Virus record (IMG/VR): IMGVR_UViG_3300038468_000190
Span: 1-64,000 of that record
DNA length: 64,000 nt
Source: a virus
Reading direction: 5' to 3' (one strand)
The notes beneath the pieces were generated by a model that made no database searches, was not told where the DNA came from, and saw only the letters and a program-made list of their open reading frames with translations. The position numbers and the translations under genes are program-made. This document shows positions 1 through 8,966 of this stretch, one piece after another. Each line of letters starts with the position of its first letter. Within the stretch, counting starts at the first letter, position 1.

Positions 1-1290
1 GCCCGCGACAGTGGAGTCCGCGCCCGTAGGCCCCGTCGATCCGGTGGGCCCCGTCGGTCCCGTCACCGTCGATGCGGCACCGGTCGCGCCCGTCGATCCG
101 GTGGCGCCGGTCGGCCCAGTGACTGTCGAATCGGCGCCAGCCACGCCGGTCGCGCCCGTCGGCCCGGTGACGGTGGAAGCCGCACCGGTCGCGCCCGTCG
201 ATCCGGTGGGTCCTGTCGGCCCCGTCACCGTGGAGTCCGCACCCGTAGGCCCCGTCGATCCGGTGGGCCCCGTGGGGCCCGTCACCGTCGATGCGGCACC
301 GGTCGGGCCAGTCGATCCGGTGGCGCCCGTCGGCCCAGTGACTGTTGAATCGGCTCCCGCCGCACCGGTCGCGCCCGTCGGCCCGGTGACGGTGGAAGCC
401 GCGCCGGTCGCGCCCGTCGATCCAGTGGGTCCTGTCGGCCCCGTCACCGTGGAGTCCGCACCCATTGCTCCCGTCGGGCCCGTCGCGCCCGTTGGGCCCG
501 CGACAGTGGAGTCCGCGCCCGTAGGCCCCGTCGATCCGGTGGGCCCCGTCGGTCCCGTCACCGTCGATGCGGCACCCGTAGGCCCCGTCGATCCGGTGGC
601 GCCGGTCGGCCCCGTGACCGTCGAATCGGCCCCCGTCGGGCCAGTCGATCCAGTGGGCCCCGTGACCGTCGATGCGGCACCCGCCTCGCCCGTTGCTCCT
701 GTCGCGCCCGTCGCACCAGCGCTCCCCGCCGATCCCGCGGCTCCGGTCGGACCTGTGTCACCTGTCGATCCAGGCGCGCCGGCTCCACCACTCGGGCCCA
801 TCGCCCCCGTTGGTCCAGTCGGCCCCGTGTCACCCGTAGCGCCCGTCACGCCCGCTACGCCGGTCGCTCCAAAGGTTCCGGTTGGTCCGGTGTTTCCCGT
901 CGGCCCCGCTGGGCCACCTGGTCCCGTAGGGCCGGACGCGCCGGTGTCGCCCGTCCCGAACGGCCCCGTGGGGCCCGTCGCGCCCGTGCCGCTCGCCGTG
1001 CCGGCGGGACCCGTCGGTCCCGTCGAGCCGTCTCCACCCGCCCCGCCCGTCGGCCCCACTGGGCCACCTGGTCCCGTAGGACCGGACGCGCCCGTCTCGC
1101 CCGTCGCGCCCGCCACCCCGAATGGCCCCGTGGGGCCCGTCGCGCCCGTGCCGCTCGCGCTGCCCGCGGGACCCGTCGGTCCCGTCGCGCCCGTGCCGCT
1201 CGCGCTGCCCGCGGGACCCGTCGGTCCCGTCGCGCCATCTCCACCCGTCCCGCCGGTCGCGCCCGTCGGCCCCGTCCCGGAACCCGCGAG
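1..1290 (-). repeat. Tandem collagen-like repeats (G-P/A/S-T)n interrupted by GA(D/A)STV(T/A)G
   Basis: 9-nt periodicity with longer recurring units visible in the DNA. Confidence 0.9.
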
Positions 1291-1671
1291 CTCGCCCATG
1301 ACGAGCATCCCCATGAACCTCTGCCCCTTGCTCGATCCGGCGACCTGCACGTCCGCAATCGTGCCGGACGGCGGACGGACCGAGCGCTCGGCAATGGCGA
1401 GCTCCTCGGCGCTCGTGGCGAGGTAACACCGGACGTAGGGCGGCGACAGAAAGCCTCCGGTAACGTCCTCGGGGCGGCCCGCCTCGACCGTGACCGTAAA
1501 CGCGTTACCGTCACCGGCGCCGGCGAGCGAGACGGAAGTGACGACGTAGCCCCCGACAGAGGCAATCGCCTCGTTGACGCGCGCTTCTAGCTCGGCCGGA
1601 TCGGAGTTTTCGAGGACATGCGTGATGAGCGAGTACGGGCTCGTGAGGACGACCGTGCCGTAGCTCGACAT
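1..1671 (-). CDS. Collagen-like fibre/spike protein, 3' end outside window
   Basis: Hand-translated from ATG 1671 ([36 protein letters not shown]...). About 130-aa globular N-domain, then G-X-T repeats ([18 protein letters not shown]), open to base 1. Missed by the ORF track because it has no stop. Confidence 0.85.
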   Translation of the reverse strand, partial: MSSYGTVVLTSPYSLITHVLENSDPAELEARVNEAIASVGGYVVTSVSLAGAGDGNAFTVTVEAGRPEDVTGGFLSPPYVRCYLATSAEELAIAERSVRPPSGTIADVQVAGSSKGQRFMGMLVMGELAGSGTGPTGATGGTGGDGATGPTGPAGSASGTGATGPTGPAGSASGTGATGPTGPFGVAGATGETGASGPTGPGGPVGPTGGAGGDGSTGPTGPAGTASGTGATGPTGPFGTGDTGASGPTGPGGPAGPTGNTGPTGTFGATGVAGVTGATGDTGPTGPTGAMGPSGGAGAPGSTGDTGPTGAAGSAGSAGATGATGATGEAGAASTVTGPTGSTGPTGADSTVTGPTGATGSTGPTGAASTVTGPTGPTGSTGPTGADSTVAGPTGATGPTGAMGADSTVTGPTGPTGSTGATGAASTVTGPTGATGAAGADSTVTGPTGATGSTGPTGAASTVTGPTGPTGSTGPTGADSTVTGPTGPTGSTGATGAASTVTGPTGATGVAGADSTVTGPTGATGSTGATGAASTVTGPTGPTGSTGPTGADSTVAG

Positions 1672-1672
1672 A

Positions 1673-1957
1673 TCACGACTTCAGCTTCCGAAAAAACGTC
1701 GAGTGTTTTTCGATCTGGTGCACGGTAATGCCCGCCACGAGCGACACGACCACTGCCGTTGCCACCGACACGAAGAGCGGGCGACGGTACCAGACCGTCC
1801 TACCGTCCGAGCATCCCTCGCACGCCGGGTGCTCGTCGCCGTCGACGCAGACGACGCAGTCGCCGCTCTTCAGAAAGGAGCACTCCGGACACGTGACGAT
1901 AGCGACGCGGCTCTCGACCTGTCCCGTCGCCGTCGGATACGACACGTATCCGTACAC
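1673..1957 (-). CDS. Small Cys-rich protein with C-terminal TM anchor
   Basis: CPEC, CVVC and CEGC motifs; hydrophobic C-terminus plus basic tail. Confidence 0.7.
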   Translation of the reverse strand: MYGYVSYPTATGQVESRVAIVTCPECSFLKSGDCVVCVDGDEHPACEGCSDGRTVWYRRPLFVSVATAVVVSLVAGITVHQIEKHSTFFRKLKS

Positions 1958-1958
1958 G

Positions 1959-2267
1959 CTACGCCTTGGCTTTCCTCATCCCCCACCATGCGTAGCCGAA
2001 CAGGATCCCGAGTACGATCCCACCGGAGCCCGCAAGCGCCACGACCCCGTAGCTCGTCTCGCGATACGCCTCACCGGGATCTGCCCCGATCGGGGCGTAC
2101 GCGGGAAGGAACGCGTCCTCTTCCCAGATCCCGCCCCCGATGCCGACCCGCGGGGGGCCGGCGCGGAGCGGATTTTTACCCCACCCCGGCACCGGCGCGT
2201 CCTGCCAGAACGGCGTCGCTACGGGGATCTCGTGGTAGTCCGAATCGGGAGTGTTCACGTAGGACAT
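1959..2267 (-). CDS. Tail-anchored putative virion membrane protein
   Basis: C-terminal TM + RKAKA; GIGG motif; AAGGAG RBS. Confidence 0.75.
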   Translation of the reverse strand: MSYVNTPDSDYHEIPVATPFWQDAPVPGWGKNPLRAGPPRVGIGGGIWEEDAFLPAYAPIGADPGEAYRETSYGVVALAGSGGIVLGILFGYAWWGMRKAKA

Positions 2268-2313
2268 GGCGGTTTCTCCTTCAAGGATCGCTCACCTCTT
2301 GTCCGGCAGCAAG

Positions 2314-2547
2314 TCATCCCTTTTTGATCCACAGGGCCGCCATGAAAACGGCGACCGCGACCGAGCCCGCTATGATGACCGCGCCCTTCGAAATGGAGGC
2401 GGTGAGGTTTGGCTCCATGGCGACCCAGGCGTCGTCGACGAGTGCTTGGATGGGGAGCGTCACCTCGGTGTCCCTGCCCCACGGCAAGGGGAGATCGACC
2501 CGGTAGGTCACGACCTCTCCTGGGCCTGCGCCCATCGGGTAGTACAT
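2314..2547 (-). CDS. Tail-anchored membrane protein, paralog of 2833..3219
   Basis: YYPMGAGPG...PWGRDTEVTLPIQALVDDAW + TM + KKG. Confidence 0.8.
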   Translation of the reverse strand: MYYPMGAGPGEVVTYRVDLPLPWGRDTEVTLPIQALVDDAWVAMEPNLTASISKGAVIIAGSVAVAVFMAALWIKKG

Positions 2548-2551
2548 CGGT

Positions 2552-2833
2552 TTAGCTGCCCCTTCTGCTTTTTACACCAACGCGCCCGCCGACCGTGAGC
2601 TCCCAGTCCTCTACGGCAGCCGCCGTCGCTTCTCCTCCGCCCACATCGATTTTCCGCTCCAGGAAATCCCACGCCATCGCCTCTGCCTCGTCCCGCAGCT
2701 CTTTCGCCTCGGCCGGAGAAAGGCCATACGGCCGAGCCACGTGGCGACCAGACTCCGGCAACGCAGGCAGCTGCACCATCACCGTGAACGTGAGCTCTAC
2801 GGGGATCTGAAACAAAACGTTTCGCTTCGCCAT
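2552..2833 (-). CDS. Hypothetical protein
   Basis: TGATG overlap with upstream stop; starts MAKRNVLFQIPVEL. Confidence 0.65.
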   Translation of the reverse strand: MAKRNVLFQIPVELTFTVMVQLPALPESGRHVARPYGLSPAEAKELRDEAEAMAWDFLERKIDVGGGEATAAAVEDWELTVGGRVGVKSRRGS

Positions 2834-3219
2834 CAGCGTCCCTTCTTCAGCCACCAGGCGCCGACGCCGACGGCAAGGACGAGCATCCCGCCGACCGCGA
2901 TCAAGGTCTTCGAGACGTCGTCCTTCATCATGTCGATCTCCGCGAACGCCACCTCGAGCTCGCTCCGCATGCGGGGCATGACGACGTTGTCCATCACGTC
3001 CTTGGCGAGCTTCGGCCCGTAGAGAGTGAGTTCGTTCTCCATGTCATCGATGAGCTTACTCTCGAGCTCGTTGATTCTCGGCACGGCCGCCGCCCACGCG
3101 TCGTTGATCATCTCCTGGACCGGTAGGGCGATCTCCGTGTCGTCGCCCCAGGGCCACGGCGCGTCGACCTTGTACTTCTCGACGGGCCCGGGGCCGGCAC
3201 CTACGGGGTGGTAGCTCAC
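2833..3219 (-). CDS. Tail-anchored membrane protein, paralog of 2314..2547
   Basis: GTGA-coupled start; YHPVGAGPG...PWGDDTEIALPVQEMINDAW, helical stalk, TM + KKGR. Confidence 0.8.
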   Translation of the reverse strand: MSYHPVGAGPGPVEKYKVDAPWPWGDDTEIALPVQEMINDAWAAAVPRINELESKLIDDMENELTLYGPKLAKDVMDNVVMPRMRSELEVAFAEIDMMKDDVSKTLIAVGGMLVLAVGVGAWWLKKGR

Positions 3220-3422
3220 GAAAACTCCGTCACGCACACGGCGTCGTCTGCCGTGACTTCGCCCACGACGCCGCGCCGGTGCTCTTCGGACAGGAGCGCC
3301 TTTTCGACCGTGTCCGCACAGTCCTGCGCCGCCTGGCACTTGGCCGCGAACGCCCCGTCCGCATCGACGAGCAAGTCGACCGTGTACTCGGCGCGCACCT
3401 TGACCTTGTAGAGCGCCATCAC
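3216..3422 (-). CDS. Hypothetical protein
   Basis: Coupled to both neighbours by 4-nt overlaps. Confidence 0.65.
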   Translation of the reverse strand: MMALYKVKVRAEYTVDLLVDADGAFAAKCQAAQDCADTVEKALLSEEHRRGVVGEVTADDAVCVTEFS

Positions 3423-4036
3423 GCCGCCTCCTTCGAACCCTCGAAGTGCTTACGCAAGACCTGGTAGGCCAGGTTGATCTTCTTCAGTCGCGCTTCATTC
3501 CGGGCGCGCTCGCGCGTCGATTGCGGCCTGTCGGCGTTGTGCTCGAAGGCGAGCTTCTTGTACGCCGCCCGGATCTCCTCCCAGCTCGCCGAGCGCTTGA
3601 GGCCGAGCGTTTTGAGGGCCGCTCGGATCTCCGCGTCCGTCTCTTTCGGTGGCGTGTACTGGCGCTTGTCCTGCCGCGCCCGCGCCTTGGCCTCCCCGAT
3701 GCACGGCTCGCAGATGGCGCCGGCGAAGTAGTCGACGCGGCAATGCGCGAGGCAGCAGGGCCTGCCGCAGACGTCGCATTCGGTGACGGCGAAGTTTCGG
3801 CAGGGACGAGGCGCGCTCTTCGACACATCCGGAGACGCGCACGTCTCGCCCTTGGCCACGATCGGCGTCCAGGCGATGAGGGCGTTCTGGGTGAGAAGGC
3901 GCGCCCACTCTCCGAGGACGCCGAACGCGTCGCCGACGGCTCCGGTCCGGACGTGCACTTCTTCCGACAGGACGGACGCAACCGCGCCCCAGGGGATCTT
4001 CCCTACTTCGCGCCGGAACTTCTCGAAGAGATCCAC
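3419..4036 (-). CDS. Zn-finger + degenerate J-domain (DnaJ-like) protein
   Basis: CDVCGRPCCLAHC...CEPC; TLGLKRSASWEEIRAAYKKLAFEHNADR...KKINLAYQVL, with HPD replaced by NAD. Confidence 0.8.
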   Translation of the reverse strand: MDLFEKFRREVGKIPWGAVASVLSEEVHVRTGAVGDAFGVLGEWARLLTQNALIAWTPIVAKGETCASPDVSKSAPRPCRNFAVTECDVCGRPCCLAHCRVDYFAGAICEPCIGEAKARARQDKRQYTPPKETDAEIRAALKTLGLKRSASWEEIRAAYKKLAFEHNADRPQSTRERARNEARLKKINLAYQVLRKHFEGSKEAA

Positions 4037-4040
4037 GTCC

Positions 4041-4547
4041 TCACTTGTGGAACAAGTAGCCGAGGATGAAGCCGGCAGCGACGCCGCCCCCGATGCCGAT
4101 GAGCATGGAGCTTCGTGCGTTCATGGTCGCGACTTCGGGAGCGACGGCGGCTTCCGCCCCGATGCCGGAGAAGTACTCGCCGACTCCGGAGAAGTACTCA
4201 CCCATGCCGGCGGCCGGCGCGAAGTACTCGCCCATACCGCGCATCGCGCCCTGCTTCTCGGCGCCCCACTTCCAGGAGGCCCCGAGCAGAAGCTGGCGAT
4301 TCGGGCCGTTGTTCGGCTTGAGAGCCCACTGCTGGACGGCATTGATGAGCCCTTTCTCAGCCGCGGTCGGGCGCACCCTGTTCTTCACGAACCATCCGCC
4401 CCAGCTCCAGGACGTTCCCAGGACCGTTTGCTGCGCAGTTCGATCGCTCGGCGCCTGGGACCACATCGTGAGCGCCCGGCCCATCGCCGCATCGAAGGGG
4501 TTCACGGCGGGTCCGCCGCGGCCGACTGCTCCTACTCCGGTGAACAT
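4041..4547 (-). CDS. Tail-anchored protein with G(M/V)GEYF repeats
   Basis: Start MFTGVGA at TGATG overlap; duplicated LG(T/A)SWxWG unit; 3x GxGEYF; C-terminal TM. Confidence 0.8.
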   Translation of the reverse strand: MFTGVGAVGRGGPAVNPFDAAMGRALTMWSQAPSDRTAQQTVLGTSWSWGGWFVKNRVRPTAAEKGLINAVQQWALKPNNGPNRQLLLGASWKWGAEKQGAMRGMGEYFAPAAGMGEYFSGVGEYFSGIGAEAAVAPEVATMNARSSMLIGIGGGVAAGFILGYLFHK

Positions 4548-5512
4548 CACTTCCTCCAAAACACGAGGGCGAGACCGAAGAGCGCTGCAGCACCGAGGCC
4601 GTACATCGCGACGGTGCTCATGCTCATTGTTCCTTCCGGCGCGCGGACGCCCTTCGTCTTGTCGGCGAGCGACAGGTACGGCGGCAGGACCGCGCCGCCG
4701 CCTGCCGAAAACCACGCGTAGAGCGCGGGGAGGTTCTTTTTCACGTAGTCGGGGCCGTAGGTGCCCGACTGCGGCGCCGCGAGCGCGGCCACGATGAAGC
4801 CGATGCCAGTCGCGTTCGGGTAGGACTGTGCGCCGAGATCTACCGAGACCGGCTTACCCGAAAACGACGGCGTCTTCTGCACGATGTACTGCCAGAGAAG
4901 CGACGCTTGCGGATCCCAGATCCCGCTCGTGTACCAGTCGGGCGTGTACACCTTCTGCCCCTCGACCGTGAGCGTCTGCTCGGGAGCGACGAGGCTCATC
5001 GCCGTCTTGAGCTCCTGAAGGACGTGAGCGTCGCCGAGGTCGAGCACGTTCTCGGCGGCGGCTCCGATCGCGCGCGCGTACGCGCCGAGGCTTCCGTCGT
5101 GGTAGGCCATGAGCGGCCCCGGCGCGCGCGGCCGCTCGTGGACGCCGAAGATGCCGTCGTCGAACGACCCGGGCTCGGCGTCGCCGATGCCGGCCGCGGC
5201 CTGGTCGTACCAGCCGAGGCTCCCGTCGTGGTAGGAGGCGAGCTCTCCCGGACTCGAGCCGTCCGGGGGATTACCGCCGACGACGCCGTCGGCCCACGCC
5301 ATCAGAAGCCCCGCGTCGCCGCCGCCGTACTGGCGCGCCATGCGGCCGAGACTGCCGTCGTGATAGGCCGTGAGCGGGCCCGGCATCTCGGGGTTTGGCT
5401 CCTTGCCACCGACGACGCCGTCGGCGTACGCCGTGAGGACGCCATCGTCGCCCAAGCCGCCAGCTCCCTGCACGATCCGCGTGCTACCGAAATACGCACC
5501 GAGTGAGTTCAT
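4547..5512 (-). CDS. Tail-anchored protein with (Y/W)xDG(SL/VV)G repeats
   Basis: AYADGVVGG, AYHDGSLG, AWADGVVGG, SYHDGSLG, SFDDGIFG, AYHDGSLG; TM + RK. Confidence 0.8.
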   Translation of the reverse strand: MNSLGAYFGSTRIVQGAGGLGDDGVLTAYADGVVGGKEPNPEMPGPLTAYHDGSLGRMARQYGGGDAGLLMAWADGVVGGNPPDGSSPGELASYHDGSLGWYDQAAAGIGDAEPGSFDDGIFGVHERPRAPGPLMAYHDGSLGAYARAIGAAAENVLDLGDAHVLQELKTAMSLVAPEQTLTVEGQKVYTPDWYTSGIWDPQASLLWQYIVQKTPSFSGKPVSVDLGAQSYPNATGIGFIVAALAAPQSGTYGPDYVKKNLPALYAWFSAGGGAVLPPYLSLADKTKGVRAPEGTMSMSTVAMYGLGAAALFGLALVFWRK

Positions 5513-5548
5513 GTGGACCTCGAATCCAGGCAGGAATCCTAGCGTGAT

Positions 5549-5773
5549 TCAGTCTCCGGCGAAAGCCGCTACGCGGTCCGCCAAAAAGTACATGCCGATG
5601 CCGCCCGCCACGAGCCCTATCCCGAACCACGCCCAGCCCGGAATGCCCGCGTCGAGCTCATCGGCGCCGAGCCCCACGGCGCGCCCGACGAGCCCGAGCG
5701 GCCCGCCGGCTCCGTCCATCGCGGGACCGAGCACGTTGGCCGCCTGGGCAGCGGTGCGGAGCGGATCGCTCAC
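5549..5773 (-). CDS. Small tail-anchored membrane protein
   Basis: GLGADE followed by TM. Confidence 0.7.
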   Translation of the reverse strand: MSDPLRTAAQAANVLGPAMDGAGGPLGLVGRAVGLGADELDAGIPGWAWFGIGLVAGGIGMYFLADRVAAFAGD

Positions 5774-5931
5774 ACGAGCCTCTTACCGAGGAAGTAGCCC
5801 ACGACGGCCGCGACCCCGAACGCCGCGAGGCTCGTCCACATGAGCGCGCGCTGTTCATCGTCGGTGAGCGGCGGCTCGGCCGGCGCCTCGCCGACCGGTA
5901 GCCCCGCGATGCCGACGAGGTTCATGGTCAT
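5770..5931 (-). CDS. 53-aa tail-anchored membrane protein (below ORF-track cutoff)
   Basis: MTMNLVGIAGLPVGEAPAEPPLTDDEQRALMWTSLAAFGVAAVVGYFLGKRLV; coupled on both sides. Confidence 0.7.
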   Translation of the reverse strand: MTMNLVGIAGLPVGEAPAEPPLTDDEQRALMWTSLAAFGVAAVVGYFLGKRLV

Positions 5932-6857
5932 CGCTTGTACCTCCGGTAGAGGTAGTAGCCGCCGCCTCCCACCGCGACGAGCGCGAGAATTCCCCAGAGA
6001 CCCATCATCGAGCTCTCGCGATGCTCAGGCTCTGGAGGTGCCTCCTCTTCCGGAGGCTCGTACATCGGAGGCTCCGGGGGAGTCAGGACAGGCGGACGCA
6101 TGGGAGGAGGCGCCGTGCGCACCGGCGGCGGCTGGGTCACCACAGGCGGACGCACGGGAGGAGGAGGCGGCGGAGCGACCGGCGGCCTCAGGACGACCGG
6201 CGGCAGTTCCTGGATCACCGGCGGCCTGACGACGACCGGAGGCGGCGGCGCGGGCGGCCGCGGCGGCGCTTCCCGGATCGCCGGAGGGCGGCACACCGGC
6301 CGGGCGAGGATCGATGTCCAGTACGGGATGTCGTGCTTGACCGACCAGCAGTACGCGTTACCGACCTTGTCGGGGCCGTTCGACTGCGGATACTGCCCGC
6401 AGTAGAGGTTTTTGGCGTTCTGCTCGGGCGAGAGACACGTCGGCACCGGCGGGAGGAAGCTCGGCCGCGAGCAGTACGGGAGCTTGCCGAGCGCCATCAG
6501 ATAGAACGCCGTCGAGGGGTCGCGGCAGTTCAGGCCGTCGACCGTGGCGCCGCTCATGCAGCGCATGATGATGGTCGCCGTCCCCTCGTCGATGCACTTC
6601 GGCGCCGGGCAGAGGGGCAGGTTTCTGACGTCGCAGGCAGAGAATTGGGCGAGCCGGCCCGTCATCGGCTCGACGGCGCGTATTGTCATCTGTCCCATCC
6701 CGCGAAGCGTCGAGCTCACGCACTTTTGGTTGGCTTCGTCGCGCTCCTGGGGGCTCACGCACGTCGGGGTCGGGCGGATCACGATGCCCGTCGGAGTCGG
6801 ATCGAATACGCCGAGACCGCTAACGCCCGGCTGGATGAGTCCTCGTCCGTGGAACAT
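5928..6857 (-). CDS. Cys-rich repeat, Pro-rich stalk, tail-anchored protein
   Basis: Three ~50-aa 4-Cys repeats (PTCVS..LPLC, PKCID..LPYC, PTCLS..RPVC), RPPV stalk, TM + RRYKR. Confidence 0.8.
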   Translation of the reverse strand: MFHGRGLIQPGVSGLGVFDPTPTGIVIRPTPTCVSPQERDEANQKCVSSTLRGMGQMTIRAVEPMTGRLAQFSACDVRNLPLCPAPKCIDEGTATIIMRCMSGATVDGLNCRDPSTAFYLMALGKLPYCSRPSFLPPVPTCLSPEQNAKNLYCGQYPQSNGPDKVGNAYCWSVKHDIPYWTSILARPVCRPPAIREAPPRPPAPPPPVVVRPPVIQELPPVVLRPPVAPPPPPPVRPPVVTQPPPVRTAPPPMRPPVLTPPEPPMYEPPEEEAPPEPEHRESSMMGLWGILALVAVGGGGYYLYRRYKR

Positions 6858-6868
6858 CGTCTACCTTC

Positions 6869-7129
6869 CTACTTTCTGAAAAGGAGAAACCCGATCCCGA
6901 TCGCTGCAATGCCCCCGATCGCGATGTAGAGCGGGAGGTTACTCTTCTCTTCCATTGGCGCCTCCGTGAGAGGCACGACCGTCGGAAGCGTTTTCGGCGT
7001 CGCCTCCGGCGCGACTTCCTTGATTACCGGAGGCGGCCGCGTCGGCGGCTCCTTGATCACGGGAGGCGGCCGAGTCGGGCCCGATCCGGGCAAAAAGATG
7101 AGCGGGTCTGCGCCTACGCCAGCGTACAT
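6869..7129 (-). CDS. Pro-rich tail-anchored protein
   Basis: Start MYAGVGA; duplicated TRPPPVIKE; TM + RK. Confidence 0.75.
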   Translation of the reverse strand: MYAGVGADPLIFLPGSGPTRPPPVIKEPPTRPPPVIKEVAPEATPKTLPTVVPLTEAPMEEKSNLPLYIAIGGIAAIGIGFLLFRK

Positions 7130-7133
7130 GCTG

Positions 7134-7904
7134 TCACCTGTTTCTCCAGAGGAAGAAGCCAAGCGCCGCCGCACCGAGCCCGAGCGCAATCGGCACGCCG
7201 AGCCGGAGCGGCTCGTCAGGCGCGGGCGCGAGCGGGATCGGCTGAGGCCCGGGCGCGGGCGGTTTCGCCGCGGCGTAGCCCGTCGTCGCGAGCTGAATGT
7301 CGTAGGCCTGACGAAATGTGCCAGGCGGCGGATTGTGATCGGAGCGCGACACCGGCACTTGCGCCGCGAAGACGAGGTCGCCGCCGACCGCCTTGGCGCG
7401 GGGCTCGATCGCGAGCGTTTTCTGCGGGAGCTTACTGATATCGATGCGCTCGCCCCAGTGTGCGAAGTACATCGTCGGGACGGGCTTCGCGTCGTCCTGC
7501 CGATAGACCGCTTGCGTCTCGTAGGGCGCGTACGCCGTCCCTTCCCACATCTTGGCAACGTCGCTCGTCGTCAGCGGAAGCCGCGTCACCACCACCACGA
7601 ACGGAAGTGGCGACCCGAACGTCACCTGGGTTGCGGCGTTGATCTGCCCGTCGGTGAGACCCCAGAGCTGGATGTTCGTGTCGGGGTTTATGATCTCTTC
7701 CCACTCGAGATCGCCCTTGCGCGTCGCCCATGGCGTGACGAGCCCGAGCGGACGAAGCTGCAAGGCCGAGACGATCTCCGAAAAGAGACTCGCCGCATCC
7801 ATCTGGCCGAGGGAGGTACCCGGCGGGGCGATCTCCATCTGGCGCTCGTCCCACGGCGCGGGGATCGCGTCGCCCGGGCCCTCGCTGTAGGCGCGCATCA
7901 CCAT
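7134..7904 (-). CDS. Tail-anchored putative virion protein
   Basis: 256 aa; Pro linker then TM + RNR. Confidence 0.75.
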   Translation of the reverse strand: MVMRAYSEGPGDAIPAPWDERQMEIAPPGTSLGQMDAASLFSEIVSALQLRPLGLVTPWATRKGDLEWEEIINPDTNIQLWGLTDGQINAATQVTFGSPLPFVVVVTRLPLTTSDVAKMWEGTAYAPYETQAVYRQDDAKPVPTMYFAHWGERIDISKLPQKTLAIEPRAKAVGGDLVFAAQVPVSRSDHNPPPGTFRQAYDIQLATTGYAAAKPPAPGPQPIPLAPAPDEPLRLGVPIALGLGAAALGFFLWRNR

Positions 7905-8050
7905 CCCGGCCCCCTGACTTCAGCCCAAGAGGCCAGCCGGACGCCGGTTCCCGAGCAAGACTCGGCATCCCCCATGTCCGACAGGGGTGCGGTCGTCCGT
8001 GCCCGCTGAAAGAGCGACAGCGCACGGCTGGCCTCTTGGGTTGAAATCAC
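7898..8050 (-). CDS. Possible 50-aa protein
   Basis: GTGA-coupled start that fills the gap in the operon. Confidence 0.35.
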   Translation of the reverse strand: MISTQEASRALSLFQRARTTAPLSDMGDAESCSGTGVRLASWAEVRGPGW

Positions 8051-8958
8051 CTGGGTCCTCCCCCGAGAGATCCTGGGCCGCCGCTCGCATTCGAGAGGGG
8101 CTTCATGCACTCCATCATCGTGTTGAGCCAGAGCTCCGGCATCAGCATGCCCGCGATGTCGTACTCGATGAAGGCGATCGGGCTCGGCACCGGACGAAAG
8201 ACCACGCAGCGCACCTGAAACGTCGCCCCGGGCCGCACGATCAGCGTGAACGGCACGCCGAGCGGTCCGTAGCGCCGAGGCCTTTGGGGCTGGAGCTGGT
8301 CGCCGGCGCCCGCGGCGGCGGCAAAGCTCGTTGCCGCCGCGAGATTGAAGCGGGAGTTATTCTGCAGGCCGAAGGCGCTCGCGAGGGCGGGCGGAAGCTC
8401 GGAGATACCGCCGATGGGCGGCGTGAAGGCTTCCTGAAACGTCTGAATCGGCACCGGATCGAGCTGGTAGGTGAGATTTGCGAGCTGCCGCTGATCGACC
8501 GTGGGAAGGAACCCCATGATCGAGCTGAAGCGCTGCGACTCGACCGGTACCGTGTCTCCCGGATCGATCCCGCTGAAACGAAAGACGTTCGCGCGAAGAT
8601 CGATGAGCAAAAGACAGAACGTGTCCGGCACCCGGAAGGCCCCGAGCTCGAACGTGAACGGATTCGATGGGCTCACCGACGGAAGGAACATCCCCTCCTC
8701 CGGCAGCCGCCTGTACAAGAACTCGAACGGCGTCACTTCCGGATGGACGAGGAGCGTGTTCAGGGCGCCGCCCGCGAGCTGGACGCGCTGCGCGCCGCAG
8801 CCCGGACTCATGTGCGCCCCGGGATCCATCGGCCCTGGAGGCAAGCCCGGCTCCTGCCACGGGTCGAGGACAGGCGCGGGCGAGCTCCTCGGCGGCAACA
8901 CCTCGGGGAGCCCCAGGCTTCTGACCTGCCGAGTACTGAGAACGGGTTTGATCGCCAA
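8047..8958 (-). CDS. Beta-rich virion protein, candidate single jelly-roll (minor capsid/penton)
   Basis: Alternating-strand segments PFEFLY, FTLIVRPGATFQVRCVVF, FIEYDIAG; third gene of the capsid cluster. Fold is inferred. Confidence 0.5.
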   Translation of the reverse strand: MAIKPVLSTRQVRSLGLPEVLPPRSSPAPVLDPWQEPGLPPGPMDPGAHMSPGCGAQRVQLAGGALNTLLVHPEVTPFEFLYRRLPEEGMFLPSVSPSNPFTFELGAFRVPDTFCLLLIDLRANVFRFSGIDPGDTVPVESQRFSSIMGFLPTVDQRQLANLTYQLDPVPIQTFQEAFTPPIGGISELPPALASAFGLQNNSRFNLAAATSFAAAAGAGDQLQPQRPRRYGPLGVPFTLIVRPGATFQVRCVVFRPVPSPIAFIEYDIAGMLMPELWLNTMMECMKPLSNASGGPGSLGGGPR

Positions 8959-8966
8959 CCGCGCTC

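Noticed and set aside
11-1426. 471-aa Pro/Val-rich plus-strand ORF
   Set aside because: Antisense shadow of the collagen-like gene; the minus frame gives G-X-T triplets and fits the operon.
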